Shown here: positions 8,976 to 18,536 of the stretch, in pieces
Numbering within the stretch: position 1 is the stretch's first letter
Layout of the letters: each line of letters opens with the position of its first letter
From: a bacterium
GTDB taxonomy: Bacteria; Hydrothermota; 32-111
Reading direction: 5' to 3'
Length of the DNA: 32,898 bases
NCBI GenBank assembly: GCA_046484245.1
Contig: JAWOBN010000060.1
Span: 1-32,898 of the forward strand
Program-made: the position numbers and the translations under genes
The notes under the pieces: generated by a model
What the model was told of the DNA's origin: nothing
Seen by the model: only the letters and a program-made list of their open reading frames with translations
Database searches by the model: none

Positions 8976-9574
8976 AGAACAGATATTGGATACTCATTTT
9001 AATTGTGACAGTTATGCTCACAGTTTCCTGCAGTCAGACCAATCCGCTCAATACTCTCATAGATAATGTCACATCGGTCTTTGTTGCCGAAAAGAGCAAT
9101 GATACAGCTGATATCCCTGCAGAAGAGGTGAGGCCGGAGATTGCCTCCATGACAATGATTGCCCAGAATGATGCAGAGGATGACAATGGTGAGGCTGCAC
9201 AGGATGAAGAAGCAGAGGAGAAGGAAAATAGCAGTGAGGCAGCAGCGGATACTGTTTTTGACATCAAGGAATATTCATATATGACCAGAAGATACCGTGA
9301 TCCCTTTATATCTGTCCTGGAACTTCAGAGAGAGGGTATGAGGGAGCTGGAGGTTGAAACAGCCTCTTATTACGGAATGATTCAGGGAAAGAACGGCCGT
9401 ATGGCACTCTTCAAAGATGCAACAGGAATGGGATATGTATTCTATGAAGGTCAAAAGGTAGCAAGCGGTGTTCTTCTGAAGATAGAGCCTGATTCAGTGA
9501 TATTCAAGATTGATGAATATGGAACAGTCAGGACAAAAGTAATCAAAATGAAAACTACGAAAAATAAAAAGTGA
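8972..9574 (+). CDS. pilP: PilP-like lipoprotein
   Basis: Lipobox TVSC, acidic linker, YRDPF motif, beta-rich C-terminal domain; lies between pilO and pilQ with an ATGA overlap. Confidence 0.8.
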   Translation: MKNRYWILILIVTVMLTVSCSQTNPLNTLIDNVTSVFVAEKSNDTADIPAEEVRPEIASMTMIAQNDAEDDNGEAAQDEEAEEKENSSEAAADTVFDIKEYSYMTRRYRDPFISVLELQREGMRELEVETASYYGMIQGKNGRMALFKDATGMGYVFYEGQKVASGVLLKIEPDSVIFKIDEYGTVRTKVIKMKTTKNKK

Positions 9575-9582
9575 GGTTATAA

Positions 9583-11175
9583 ATGTTTAAGAAATCACTT
9601 TTTGTAATTGCAGCAGGTCTCATATTTGTAAACATGTTTGCTCTGGGTCTGCTTGAAGACATTACAATCAAACCTGCCGATAATAATACCGAAATCATCC
9701 TTGAACTGGATAAAGTGATTAATTTCACTGATTTTTCCATTACCTCACCGCATATTATTGTATTTGACCTCATTGCAGTGGATAATGGAGTTGTCGGAAC
9801 CTATTATGAACCCCCTGCAGTTACGGGAATCAAATCCATTGAGATCATGAAGGACAATGAATCCAATTTCCTCAGGGTAATGATGGAAGTTGACCGCAAG
9901 TATGAATATACCAAGGAATACAGGGGCAATAATGTTGTGATAACACTGGATAATGACCTGGCGCAGTCCTTTGAGACATGGAATGCCTCCGAGGAATCCG
10001 CTGTTCAGAAGGAAGATGATGACCTTGACACATACAAGACGGATTTTACTGTCAGTATGGATGTTGAGAATGCCGATGTAGTTACACTGCTGCGCGGTAT
10101 TGCCGACTATGTCGGTATTAATCTCATTATCTCCAATGAGGTATCCGGGAATGTTACTGTTCATGTGAAGGAGGTCCCGTGGAAGGATGTCTTTGACATG
10201 GTGACCCGTCTGGCAAGCCTGACTTATGAGGAATACCCCAATATGATAAGGGTGGGCACATATAAGGAATTTGCAACAGAACAGACAGCAATGGAACAGT
10301 CCCTGCCAATGGTTACTCAGGTCTATAAACTTGAGTTTGCTGATCCCCAGCAGCTCAATTCCGCACTTAAACCCCTCCTCTCAAAAAGGGGGCAGGTCAG
10401 TGTGGATTCAAGGACCAATGCCCTGATTGTCAAGGATATCAATGATGTCCATAAAAAGATACAGGATGTTGTGCAGGAACTTGACAGAAAGAATCTCCAG
10501 GTTGAGATTGTTGTCAAGGTTGTTGAGATCAGTCAGAATGTATCAAAGGGACTCGGTATACAGTGGAGTCTTCAGAACATAGGTTATTCTGAGTACAATG
10601 TAGCAGGCGGAGCAAGTATGGATGCACCTATTGCAGGTCCGGGATCTGTTAATATCGGCACTTTAAGGGATTTTGCTCAGGTACAGGCAACACTGACGGC
10701 ACTTGAGGAAACAGGTAAATCCAAGACCCTCTCCAATCCCCGCATAACAGCAACAAATAATACAGAGGCCGAGATACTCAGCGGTACACAGTTCTTTGTA
10801 CAGAGTGTTGACCAGAATGGTAATATAGTGAATACACAGTATACTGCAGGAACAATACTCAATGTGACACCTCATGTCAATTCCATGAATGATATTACAC
10901 TGGATATCTATGCAGAGCTTTCATCTGTTGATGCAGCACAGGCAAACCCCACAATCAGGACAACAACAGCCAAGACAGTGCAGATGGTGCAGGATGGTGA
11001 GACTGTTGTAATGGGCGGATTTGTCAGAAAGGAAGAATCCAGGAGTGAGGAGGGACTGCCATTCCTCAAATCAATACCTATACTGGGACATCTCTTCAAG
11101 AGTGACCAGTCATCCAATACCAATCAGGAAGTATTGATTTTCATATCACCTCATATAGTGAAATCGGTTAATTAA
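9583..11175 (+). CDS. pilQ: Type IV pilus secretin PilQ
   Basis: Signal peptide, AMIN-like N-terminus, N-domains (VPWKDVFD, VDSRTNALIV), secretin motif GLPFLKSIPILGHLFK...LIFISPHIV. Confidence 0.93.
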   Translation: MFKKSLFVIAAGLIFVNMFALGLLEDITIKPADNNTEIILELDKVINFTDFSITSPHIIVFDLIAVDNGVVGTYYEPPAVTGIKSIEIMKDNESNFLRVMMEVDRKYEYTKEYRGNNVVITLDNDLAQSFETWNASEESAVQKEDDDLDTYKTDFTVSMDVENADVVTLLRGIADYVGINLIISNEVSGNVTVHVKEVPWKDVFDMVTRLASLTYEEYPNMIRVGTYKEFATEQTAMEQSLPMVTQVYKLEFADPQQLNSALKPLLSKRGQVSVDSRTNALIVKDINDVHKKIQDVVQELDRKNLQVEIVVKVVEISQNVSKGLGIQWSLQNIGYSEYNVAGGASMDAPIAGPGSVNIGTLRDFAQVQATLTALEETGKSKTLSNPRITATNNTEAEILSGTQFFVQSVDQNGNIVNTQYTAGTILNVTPHVNSMNDITLDIYAELSSVDAAQANPTIRTTTAKTVQMVQDGETVVMGGFVRKEESRSEEGLPFLKSIPILGHLFKSDQSSNTNQEVLIFISPHIVKSVN

Positions 11176-11179
11176 AGAT

Positions 11180-11206
11180 AGGGGGCTTTTGCCCCCTTCT
11201 TTTTTT
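11180..11206 (+). terminator. Intrinsic terminator after pilQ
   Basis: AGGGGGC-TTTT-GCCCCCT followed by TCTTTTTTT. Confidence 0.85.
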
Positions 11207-11215
11207 ATGGAGAAT

Positions 11216-11833
11216 ATGAATCAAAATCTTATATATCTCTCAATACTCTCAGTATCATACCTTATTGGCGCATTCCCCTCAGGATATGTATTCTACAAGT
11301 TAAAGACAGGAAAGGATATCAGGGATATCGGTCTCAGGAAGAATATGGGGAGCACCAATGTATTGGTCAATGGCGGTGTAATGCTCGGTACATTGACATT
11401 GATAGTTGATATTCTAAAGGGTGCTGTTCCTGTTTTGATCGCAGGTGCGCTGACAGGCAATGAAATGCTCATGATACTAAGCGGCATTACAGCTATTCTC
11501 GGGCATGTATTCCCCGTATATATAGGATTCAGGGGAGGCACCGGGCTTGCCACTTCACTGGGAGCTCTTATTGTGCTGATACCCGGAATTATGATAACCT
11601 ATGCTGTCATTTTCGCAATACTGACCCCTGTTGCGAGGAGACCCGCTTTTATCGGACTCATACTGATGATATTCATACCCTTCTTTTCATATATGCTCGG
11701 TTATTCAATGCTCATTACGGGAATATGCACACTGATGGGTATATTCTATACGGGAATATCCATGACACACATAGAATCAATGCTCAGGGGTGATGAGTAT
11801 CAGGAAGTTATCAGAATACTCAGATCAAATTAG
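11216..11833 (+). CDS. plsY: PlsY-family glycerol-3-phosphate acyltransferase-like membrane protein with degenerate motifs
   Basis: SYLIGAFPSG, DIR, DILKG, GHVFP..FRGGTG.AT; start is ATG11207 or ATG11216 (the track's TTG11189 lies inside the terminator). Confidence 0.8.
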   Translation: MNQNLIYLSILSVSYLIGAFPSGYVFYKLKTGKDIRDIGLRKNMGSTNVLVNGGVMLGTLTLIVDILKGAVPVLIAGALTGNEMLMILSGITAILGHVFPVYIGFRGGTGLATSLGALIVLIPGIMITYAVIFAILTPVARRPAFIGLILMIFIPFFSYMLGYSMLITGICTLMGIFYTGISMTHIESMLRGDEYQEVIRILRSN

Positions 11834-12169
11834 TTCTTTTACAGTCTTTTTTATGCTTATGATGTCAAACGGCTTTTGGAGATAATAAACATTGGGTCTA
11901 TCCAGAAGTTTTTTGATATCAGGTGTATTTTGAGAATATGCGGATATAATGAGGAATATTTTCCCCGGGAAATGCTCTATCAGTTCATTGCAGGTAAGGT
12001 CCTCTGTGAGAAAATCAGTTATTATAAGATCTGATTCAAGCAATTTGCCGGGACTGTCAAGCACCCTTTTTATTGACTGTTCGGAATCAACCTCATAGTC
12101 TCCTTCAAAGAGCATTTTTATGAGATCAAGAATGTCATAATCATCCTCAATAATGAATAATTTCTGCAT
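11825..12169 (-). CDS. Single-domain response regulator (CheY-like receiver)
   Basis: IIEDD acidic pocket, LIITD phosphoacceptor, IISA, QKPF. Confidence 0.85.
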   Translation of the reverse strand: MQKLFIIEDDYDILDLIKMLFEGDYEVDSEQSIKRVLDSPGKLLESDLIITDFLTEDLTCNELIEHFPGKIFLIISAYSQNTPDIKKLLDRPNVYYLQKPFDIISIKKTVKELI

Positions 12170-12175
12170 AGAGAC

Positions 12176-12203
12176 ATTATACTTTTATAAACATAATTGT
12201 CAA
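12176..12203 (-). promoter_or_regulatory. Consensus sigma70 promoter of the receiver gene (leaderless)
   Basis: Minus strand: TTGACA, 16 nt, TATAAT, GTCTCT, ATG. Confidence 0.75.
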
Positions 12204-12211
12204 TATTGATA

Positions 12212-12240
12212 TTGACCGGAATTGAAAAATATGTTATATT
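12212..12240 (+). promoter_or_regulatory. sigma70 promoter with extended -10 for the CMD-MCP genes
   Basis: TTGACC (12212-12217), 17 nt, TATATT (12235-12240) preceded by TGn. Confidence 0.65.
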
Positions 12241-12305
12241 TCAACTGTATTACCGTAATGATTATATGTATATTCAAATAATTATTCCACAAAAATTTAT
12301 TTAAA

Positions 12306-12656
12306 ATGAATGAAATAGAAAAATTCAGAAACGAAAGAGAGCGTCTGAATACTCTCATTATGAAACACTCCGGAACAAACACCAAACGGTTTTTTGCAAT
12401 TGACAGTGCAGTTTACAGAGACGGTAGTCTGGACAGCAGGACAAAAGAGATGATGGGACTGGCTGCATCAGCTGTTATGAGATGTGATCACTGCATAGAG
12501 TATCATATAATGCAGTGTATTGAGCTCGGAGTGAGTGGGGAAGAGTTTACCGAGATATTTGATATTGCTCTTATTGCCGGCGGCTCAATAACAATACCGC
12601 ATATAAGAAAGGCTTATGATATACTGGAGAAATCCGGTGTTCTGAACAATCAATAA
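12306..12656 (+). CDS. Carboxymuconolactone decarboxylase / AhpD-like protein
   Basis: DGSLDSRTKEMMGL, CDHCIEYH (CxxC-xx-YH motif), GGSITIPH. Confidence 0.9.
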   Translation: MNEIEKFRNERERLNTLIMKHSGTNTKRFFAIDSAVYRDGSLDSRTKEMMGLAASAVMRCDHCIEYHIMQCIELGVSGEEFTEIFDIALIAGGSITIPHIRKAYDILEKSGVLNNQ

Positions 12657-12665
12657 GGAAAGTAT

Positions 12666-14411
12666 ATGAAAAAACATCTTAATTTCTATACATTATTCAC
12701 TAATCTTCCCGCGCTTTTTGTGGGAGTGCCCCTGCTTATAATAATAGTACCCCATACTGTTGATATTGCAGACCAGTATATGAGCTTTATAAGGAATTTC
12801 GGTGTGATAGTCGGTGTGCTGCTTGCAGCTGAATATGATATTGTCCAGAGACTGAGATACAGGAAATATATGTTCAGAAAGGATATTAAGGAGAGGAAGA
12901 TAAAGGAATATCTCTTTATGATGAACAGTCCCAGTGTATCTGCGTTTCACATGTTCATCCATTTTGCAATTGCCCCCCTTGTACTGGGCATAATTCTCCT
13001 CTTTCAGGGCATGCCTTTGCATCAATTCATTATAGCTGAACTTGATTCTTTTTTCATAGCCCTCTTCATGGGCATGGTCAATTTCTATGTTGCCCAGCTT
13101 GTTTTCATAAACAAGCTCAGAAAATACGTGTTTCCCCCTGCAGTATACAGAAAGGAGATAGTTGACAAGTTAAGGCATGTCAATCTTAAATGGAAATTCA
13201 TGGTAACAATCAATTTCATCATTTTGTTTGTCATATATATAAATATTATGATAAGCACCAACTGGGTTGTTTACTCTATTCTGATAGTTATGAATGTGAT
13301 ACTGTCAATAATTCTCATGCTCACAATGGTAAGGCCTGTTGAAAGTGTGAACAAATACCTTATCAGCATGCTCTCAGGCAGAGCCAGTGATCTTAAGGAA
13401 TTGCCTGTAACATCCAATGATGAAATCGGTGAAATGGTCGGCAATTTCAATGTGCTTCTCAATAAAATAGAGGGCTTAATATCAACAATGATGACTATGT
13501 CCAATGAACTCTCAGCAGTAACAGGACAACTGGCATCAACAGGTGAGGAGATAACAGCTTCAACCGAGGAAGTTGCAGCAACAATTCAGAATATCTCCAT
13601 TGATATGAATGATCAGAATGAAAGGGTCAAGAAAGCAGAGGATGAGGTGAGTAAGATAACAAGTCTCTCTGACAGTGTCAAATCAAAGGTCAATATGACA
13701 CAGACAGCCTCAAAGAAAGCCAACAATGCATCCAGCTCAGGTCTTGAAAAGGTTTCATCAACAATGGACAATTTTGACAGGATTGTAGCCAATGTCAATA
13801 ATGCTCTGGAGAGGATTGAGCTCTTGCAGAGCAGATCCGAGCAGATCAATGAAATACTGGACATTATAACCAAGATATCCGAACAGACTGACCTCCTGGC
13901 ACTGAATGCAGCTATTGAGGCAGCGCGTGTGGGGGATTACGGCAAGGGATTTACAGTAGTTGCAGAAGAGATAAGGGAGCTTGCCGAACAGTCCTCGGAA
14001 TCAACAAGAAGAATATCAAATCTTATAAAAGAGATAAAGGATGATATAGGCAATACTGTTGACCTTATACAGAGTCAGCATAAATTTGTCAATGACGGCA
14101 AACATCTCATTGATGAAACAAAGGAACAGTTCCAGCAGATATCCAAAGCCATTACATTGACTGTTAATATGATAAAAGAGATTTCATATGCATCTGATGA
14201 ACAGATGGAGTCAATAGAGAAATATGCAGAGAAGATAAAGGAGATTGCTGACCTTTCAACCAGAACATCCACCAATACGGAGGAAATTGCAGCTTCAATA
14301 GAGCAGCAGACAGCATCCATGGAGGAAATTCTCTCAAATGTACAGGAGATTGACTCCAAATCCATCAAATTGAAGAATGTTGAGAAAGAGCTTGCTGAAG
14401 AAGATGCTTGA
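12666..14411 (+). CDS. Methyl-accepting chemotaxis protein (about 6 TM, HAMP, signalling domain)
   Basis: Six hydrophobic segments, HAMP (RP...[13 protein letters not shown]), hairpin tip [37 protein letters not shown]. Confidence 0.93.
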   Translation: MKKHLNFYTLFTNLPALFVGVPLLIIIVPHTVDIADQYMSFIRNFGVIVGVLLAAEYDIVQRLRYRKYMFRKDIKERKIKEYLFMMNSPSVSAFHMFIHFAIAPLVLGIILLFQGMPLHQFIIAELDSFFIALFMGMVNFYVAQLVFINKLRKYVFPPAVYRKEIVDKLRHVNLKWKFMVTINFIILFVIYINIMISTNWVVYSILIVMNVILSIILMLTMVRPVESVNKYLISMLSGRASDLKELPVTSNDEIGEMVGNFNVLLNKIEGLISTMMTMSNELSAVTGQLASTGEEITASTEEVAATIQNISIDMNDQNERVKKAEDEVSKITSLSDSVKSKVNMTQTASKKANNASSSGLEKVSSTMDNFDRIVANVNNALERIELLQSRSEQINEILDIITKISEQTDLLALNAAIEAARVGDYGKGFTVVAEEIRELAEQSSESTRRISNLIKEIKDDIGNTVDLIQSQHKFVNDGKHLIDETKEQFQQISKAITLTVNMIKEISYASDEQMESIEKYAEKIKEIADLSTRTSTNTEEIAASIEQQTASMEEILSNVQEIDSKSIKLKNVEKELAEEDA

Positions 14412-14435
14412 CACTGACAGAGTAATCATTATATT
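14408..14435 (+). promoter_or_regulatory. Putative sigma70 promoter for rho-rpmE
   Basis: TTGACA overlapping the MCP stop codon, 16 nt, TATATT. Confidence 0.5.
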
Positions 14436-14468
14436 TAATCAAACCCCTAACCCTAACAAGAGAAGTAT

Positions 14469-15716
14469 ATGAAAATACAGGATTTAAAAAAGAAGAGTTT
14501 TGACGAACTCGTGACAATTGCAAAGGAACTTAAAGTATCAAATATCAATACACTGAGAAAGCAAGACCTCATTTTCAGGGTTCTGGAAAAACAGTCGGAA
14601 CAGAATGGGGATATTCACGGTGAAGGTGTACTGGAGATATCCAAGGAGGGATTCGGATTCCTCCGTCAGGTGGAATATTCGTATATGCCCGGTCCTATGG
14701 ATATATATGTATCACCGTCCCAGATCAAGAGATTCGGTCTGGAAACAGGGGATACAATATACGGGCAGGTAAGACCCCCCAAGGACAATGAGAAGTATTT
14801 TGCCCTTATCAAAATAGAGAAAATAAATTATGTCAGTTATAAGGATGCTATCAAGAAGATACTCTTTGATAATCTGACACCCCTCTATCCCAATGAAAAG
14901 ATCAATCTGGAAATACCGGAGAGTGATGTATCCTTAAGAGTAATGGATCTGCTCTCTCCCATAGGCAAAGGCCAGAGATCTCTTATTGTCTCGCCTCCCA
15001 GAGCAGGAAAGACAATGCTTCTCCAGAAAATAGCCAATGCGGTTGCAGTGAATCATCCGGAAATATTCCTCATTGTACTGCTCATTGACGAAAGACCTGA
15101 GGAAGTCACGGATATGGAACGCTCAGTGAAGGGTGAAGTAATATCATCAACATTTGATGAACCTGCAGACAGGCATGTGCAGGTGGCATCAATTGTAATT
15201 GAGAGAGCCAAGCGTCTTGTTGAACAGAAGAAGGATGTTGTAATACTGCTTGATTCTATTACAAGACTTGCCCGCGCCTATAATGTTGTGACACCGCACA
15301 GCGGCAGAACACTGTCAGGCGGTGTTGATTCAAATGCACTGCACAAACCGAAGAGATTCTTCGGTGCAGCAAGGAATATTGAGAATGGGGGATCACTGAC
15401 TATTATTTCCACTGCCCTCATTGAAACCGGTTCCAGAATGGATGAGGTGATATTTGAGGAATTCAAAGGAACAGGCAATATGGAGCTTGTACTGGACAGG
15501 AGACTGGCTGACAGGAGAATATTCCCTGCAATGGATGTCAATAAATCAGGAACCAGGAAGGAAGATCTGCTCATGTCAGAGAATGAGCTTGCAAAGGTCT
15601 GGGTTTTGAGAAAGCTGCTCAGCGAGATGAATCCTGTTGAGGCAATGGAGTTTATGATCAACAGGATGGAGACAACAAAGAACAATGATGAATTTTTAAA
15701 AATGATGACGCAATAA
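14469..15716 (+). CDS. rho: Transcription termination factor Rho
   Basis: [59 protein letters not shown]. Confidence 0.99.
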   Translation: MKIQDLKKKSFDELVTIAKELKVSNINTLRKQDLIFRVLEKQSEQNGDIHGEGVLEISKEGFGFLRQVEYSYMPGPMDIYVSPSQIKRFGLETGDTIYGQVRPPKDNEKYFALIKIEKINYVSYKDAIKKILFDNLTPLYPNEKINLEIPESDVSLRVMDLLSPIGKGQRSLIVSPPRAGKTMLLQKIANAVAVNHPEIFLIVLLIDERPEEVTDMERSVKGEVISSTFDEPADRHVQVASIVIERAKRLVEQKKDVVILLDSITRLARAYNVVTPHSGRTLSGGVDSNALHKPKRFFGAARNIENGGSLTIISTALIETGSRMDEVIFEEFKGTGNMELVLDRRLADRRIFPAMDVNKSGTRKEDLLMSENELAKVWVLRKLLSEMNPVEAMEFMINRMETTKNNDEFLKMMTQ

Positions 15717-15728
15717 CAGGAGGATTCT

Positions 15729-15950
15729 ATGAAAGAAGGAATACACCCGGAATACAAAGAAGCAACAGTGGTATGCGCCTGCGGCAATACCTTTAAGACA
15801 AGGGCAACAAAAGAAAATATCAAGGTTGAAATATGTTCAAAATGCCATCCGTTCTTCACAGGCAAACAGAAATTTGTTGACACTGCAGGAAGAGTGGACA
15901 AGTTCCTCAAGAAGTACAAAGGCAAGGATTCTGGGGAAAAGAAGGAATAG
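15729..15950 (+). CDS. rpmE: 50S ribosomal protein L31 (Zn-binding type)
   Basis: [29 protein letters not shown]. Confidence 0.99.
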   Translation: MKEGIHPEYKEATVVCACGNTFKTRATKENIKVEICSKCHPFFTGKQKFVDTAGRVDKFLKKYKGKDSGEKKE

Positions 15951-15953
15951 AAA

Positions 15954-18536
15954 TCAGATAGATTTTATTCTGTAAAGCAGTTTTACGGGGCGTTTCTCAA
16001 TGAGGAGCGTCCCGTTTTCTGTTACGGACAATTTATCGGGTATATACTCATAAGCCATTCTTTTGTTCTTATCCCTCTCATCAATATAATAAATACCGAA
16101 GAAATCAATCAGATATCCGCCGACATACTTGAGCTGATTGTGTACAATATGCTTGCTGCTCAGTATGAAATCAATTAACAGTTCATCCGGTTTTATATCA
16201 ATATCATCCAGAACAAAATCCTTGTTGAGCATAAGATTGAACAGTGTGGCGTGATCAATGATAAGAACGGATTCCTGAGGATTGCGGCCCTCTGAGAAGA
16301 ATTGTGCCTGATTGATGTCTGTTCCGTATATGTCAATATCCCCGTAGGCATTGATATTTAGGTCTATGTCCTTGTTCACTGTGCCTGATGCAATGCCTAT
16401 ACCTATTCTGAACAGGGATTTGAATTCAGGGGGGAGAAGGGCGTATTCCACACCTTCATGCTTCAATTCCTTTTCAGTGACATCAAAGAACCACTCCCTG
16501 TAATTCATATAATTCTCTTTGATGAATTTCTCGGCATTCCTTATCATCTCAATGGAGCAGTCAATTGCAATTGAGGATGATTCCTGTGATTCCCTTATAT
16601 TGATATCCGTTCCTGTTGCAATGGAGTGCCTTATGTGAAGATTCCTTGATGAAACTGTCTCCTTGTACAGATTCCTGTAGATATCCCTTGTCTTGTTGAA
16701 GAATAATGCAATCCCTCCGTCACCTGTCTCCTTGAGTGCAAAACCCCGGTGTTTCTTTATTGCGCTGTTTATGCCGGATTGAAATTTACGCATTATATAT
16801 GTCTGTTTCTGCGCATTGTTGAGCTTTGAACTCATAAGGGATGATCCCCTGATATCATATACCAGTGTGGATACCACTTTGGAGTAGTGTTTGCGGATAA
16901 TACTGCCTATCTCATTGAATTTCTCATTATTGATATTGAAATGTTTGACAGTACTGCTTTCCTCAGAGAATATGAGATAACTGTCATGCGGAATAAGGAA
17001 ATCAGTGATATAGAATATCTCTTTCTTCTGTCTGATTTTGCTCCTGCAGAACTCCTTATTATAAATCCTCATACTGTTGATGAGCAGATTGGTCATGAGG
17101 TCATTCTCAATACTCTTCATTATGGAGAAGAAGTTGTCCTTCACATAATCATAATTGAATTCAGTGGAGAATGTCTTGGATTTCAGTATATTCTTCATCA
17201 GAAGGAGATCATCTTCAGAGGATTTGTCTCCATCCTTGAATGCCTTCTTCAATGTGTCAAAGCTCTGTTTTGCTGTCTTTACAATATACTTCCTGTGCTT
17301 GTCAAAGATATCATCATAATACCTGGAATAATCATTGAAGGCCATCAGTGACAGGAATATATCCGATGTATTGAGATTGGAATTATTCTTATATGCAGAA
17401 ACAAGGCTGTCATAATCAATATTGCGCAGCTGTTCATTCTTGATCATTTTCTTCTTCAATACATTGTATCTCTCCAGCAGTTTATTGGACATCAGTATGC
17501 TTGCCATGGATTTTCTGTTGAAATCAATGATATATGAATTGATCTTGCTTACCAGTGTTACATCAAGCGGGTATTTGAGTGAATCATCAATCTCCTTCTT
17601 GAAATTATTCTCAAAAGCGGCCAGATCATCCTTGAGATCCGATTTTATCCTGTTAATCTGTGAGTCAAGGTCATTCTCCTCTTTCTTGAGATATTCCTCT
17701 GTCTGCTTGGAGTTCTTGTTTATTGTTTTAATGATAATATTCTTAACCTCATCGCGGAGGAACGGAATATAGTAGAGATGGGGCGGTGAATCAATATCAT
17801 CAATAGACCATATTGTCCTGTCCTCATAATAGCTGATTATTTCAAGCTCTCTCTCCAGGGAACCGAGTGTATTGAAGAGTTTCATCAGGTCAAAGAATAA
17901 TCTGTAGGGGAAGTAATAGGAATGTATCTTCTTCTTGAGCATCTCCTCCGGTTTGCTCAATACTGTCTTGGGCGGTATATATGATTTATCAAAGATCTCC
18001 CTGTGGAACTGCCTGTTGAAGATATTGTAGGAATGCAGTTCATTCCTTATTTCAATAAGTGAATCCCTGAGAAAATTGAGGGCATTGTCAAAATACTTCA
18101 CATCACCGCTGATATTCTTCTTATTATTGTCATAATACTCCAAAAATAATTTAATAACAGCAGCTTCAAATATCAGACTGTGAGTCTTATTATTGAGCAA
18201 AACGGATTTATAAACGGGTTTGACTGCTTCCTTGAGCTGGTCTTTTTCAAATGAGTCTGAGAGTATGAGAGGGAAAATGGATTCAATGGCTTCCAAATAC
18301 CGGGGTGAGAAGAAAATATAGAGCATACCTGCCTGCACATTTCTCAGCAGTACATCTATACCCTCATTACTTATCTGTCTCTTGGAACATACAGAGGCAA
18401 TCTGTTCAATATTGTTTCTGAATTCCGTATTCTTCCCGAAATCATTCTTCAGATGTTCAATATAGGATGATTCCCTGTTGAGAATCGTACTGAGATCCTC
18501 ATAATTGAAATTCAGGGCATCATCATTCTGCTTCAT
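15954..18536 (-). CDS. Large hypothetical protein: helical/coiled-coil N-terminal region and C-terminal class III nucleotidyl cyclase-like domain
   Basis: YDIRGSS, KETGDG, FRIGIGIASG and DIYGTDINQA occur in cyclase order; ATG18536 has SD AGGA and overlaps the pyrC stop. Confidence 0.75.
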   Translation of the reverse strand: MKQNDDALNFNYEDLSTILNRESSYIEHLKNDFGKNTEFRNNIEQIASVCSKRQISNEGIDVLLRNVQAGMLYIFFSPRYLEAIESIFPLILSDSFEKDQLKEAVKPVYKSVLLNNKTHSLIFEAAVIKLFLEYYDNNKKNISGDVKYFDNALNFLRDSLIEIRNELHSYNIFNRQFHREIFDKSYIPPKTVLSKPEEMLKKKIHSYYFPYRLFFDLMKLFNTLGSLERELEIISYYEDRTIWSIDDIDSPPHLYYIPFLRDEVKNIIIKTINKNSKQTEEYLKKEENDLDSQINRIKSDLKDDLAAFENNFKKEIDDSLKYPLDVTLVSKINSYIIDFNRKSMASILMSNKLLERYNVLKKKMIKNEQLRNIDYDSLVSAYKNNSNLNTSDIFLSLMAFNDYSRYYDDIFDKHRKYIVKTAKQSFDTLKKAFKDGDKSSEDDLLLMKNILKSKTFSTEFNYDYVKDNFFSIMKSIENDLMTNLLINSMRIYNKEFCRSKIRQKKEIFYITDFLIPHDSYLIFSEESSTVKHFNINNEKFNEIGSIIRKHYSKVVSTLVYDIRGSSLMSSKLNNAQKQTYIMRKFQSGINSAIKKHRGFALKETGDGGIALFFNKTRDIYRNLYKETVSSRNLHIRHSIATGTDINIRESQESSSIAIDCSIEMIRNAEKFIKENYMNYREWFFDVTEKELKHEGVEYALLPPEFKSLFRIGIGIASGTVNKDIDLNINAYGDIDIYGTDINQAQFFSEGRNPQESVLIIDHATLFNLMLNKDFVLDDIDIKPDELLIDFILSSKHIVHNQLKYVGGYLIDFFGIYYIDERDKNKRMAYEYIPDKLSVTENGTLLIEKRPVKLLYRIKSI

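Noticed and set aside
12282..12291. DnaA-box-like TTATTCCACA (possible oriC)
   Set aside because: A single imperfect box with no cluster and no dnaA context.
15954..18536. Pycsar or CBASS anti-phage system
   Set aside because: No adjacent cNMP-binding TIR/TM effector; housekeeping context; K/D substrate residues look adenylyl-type.
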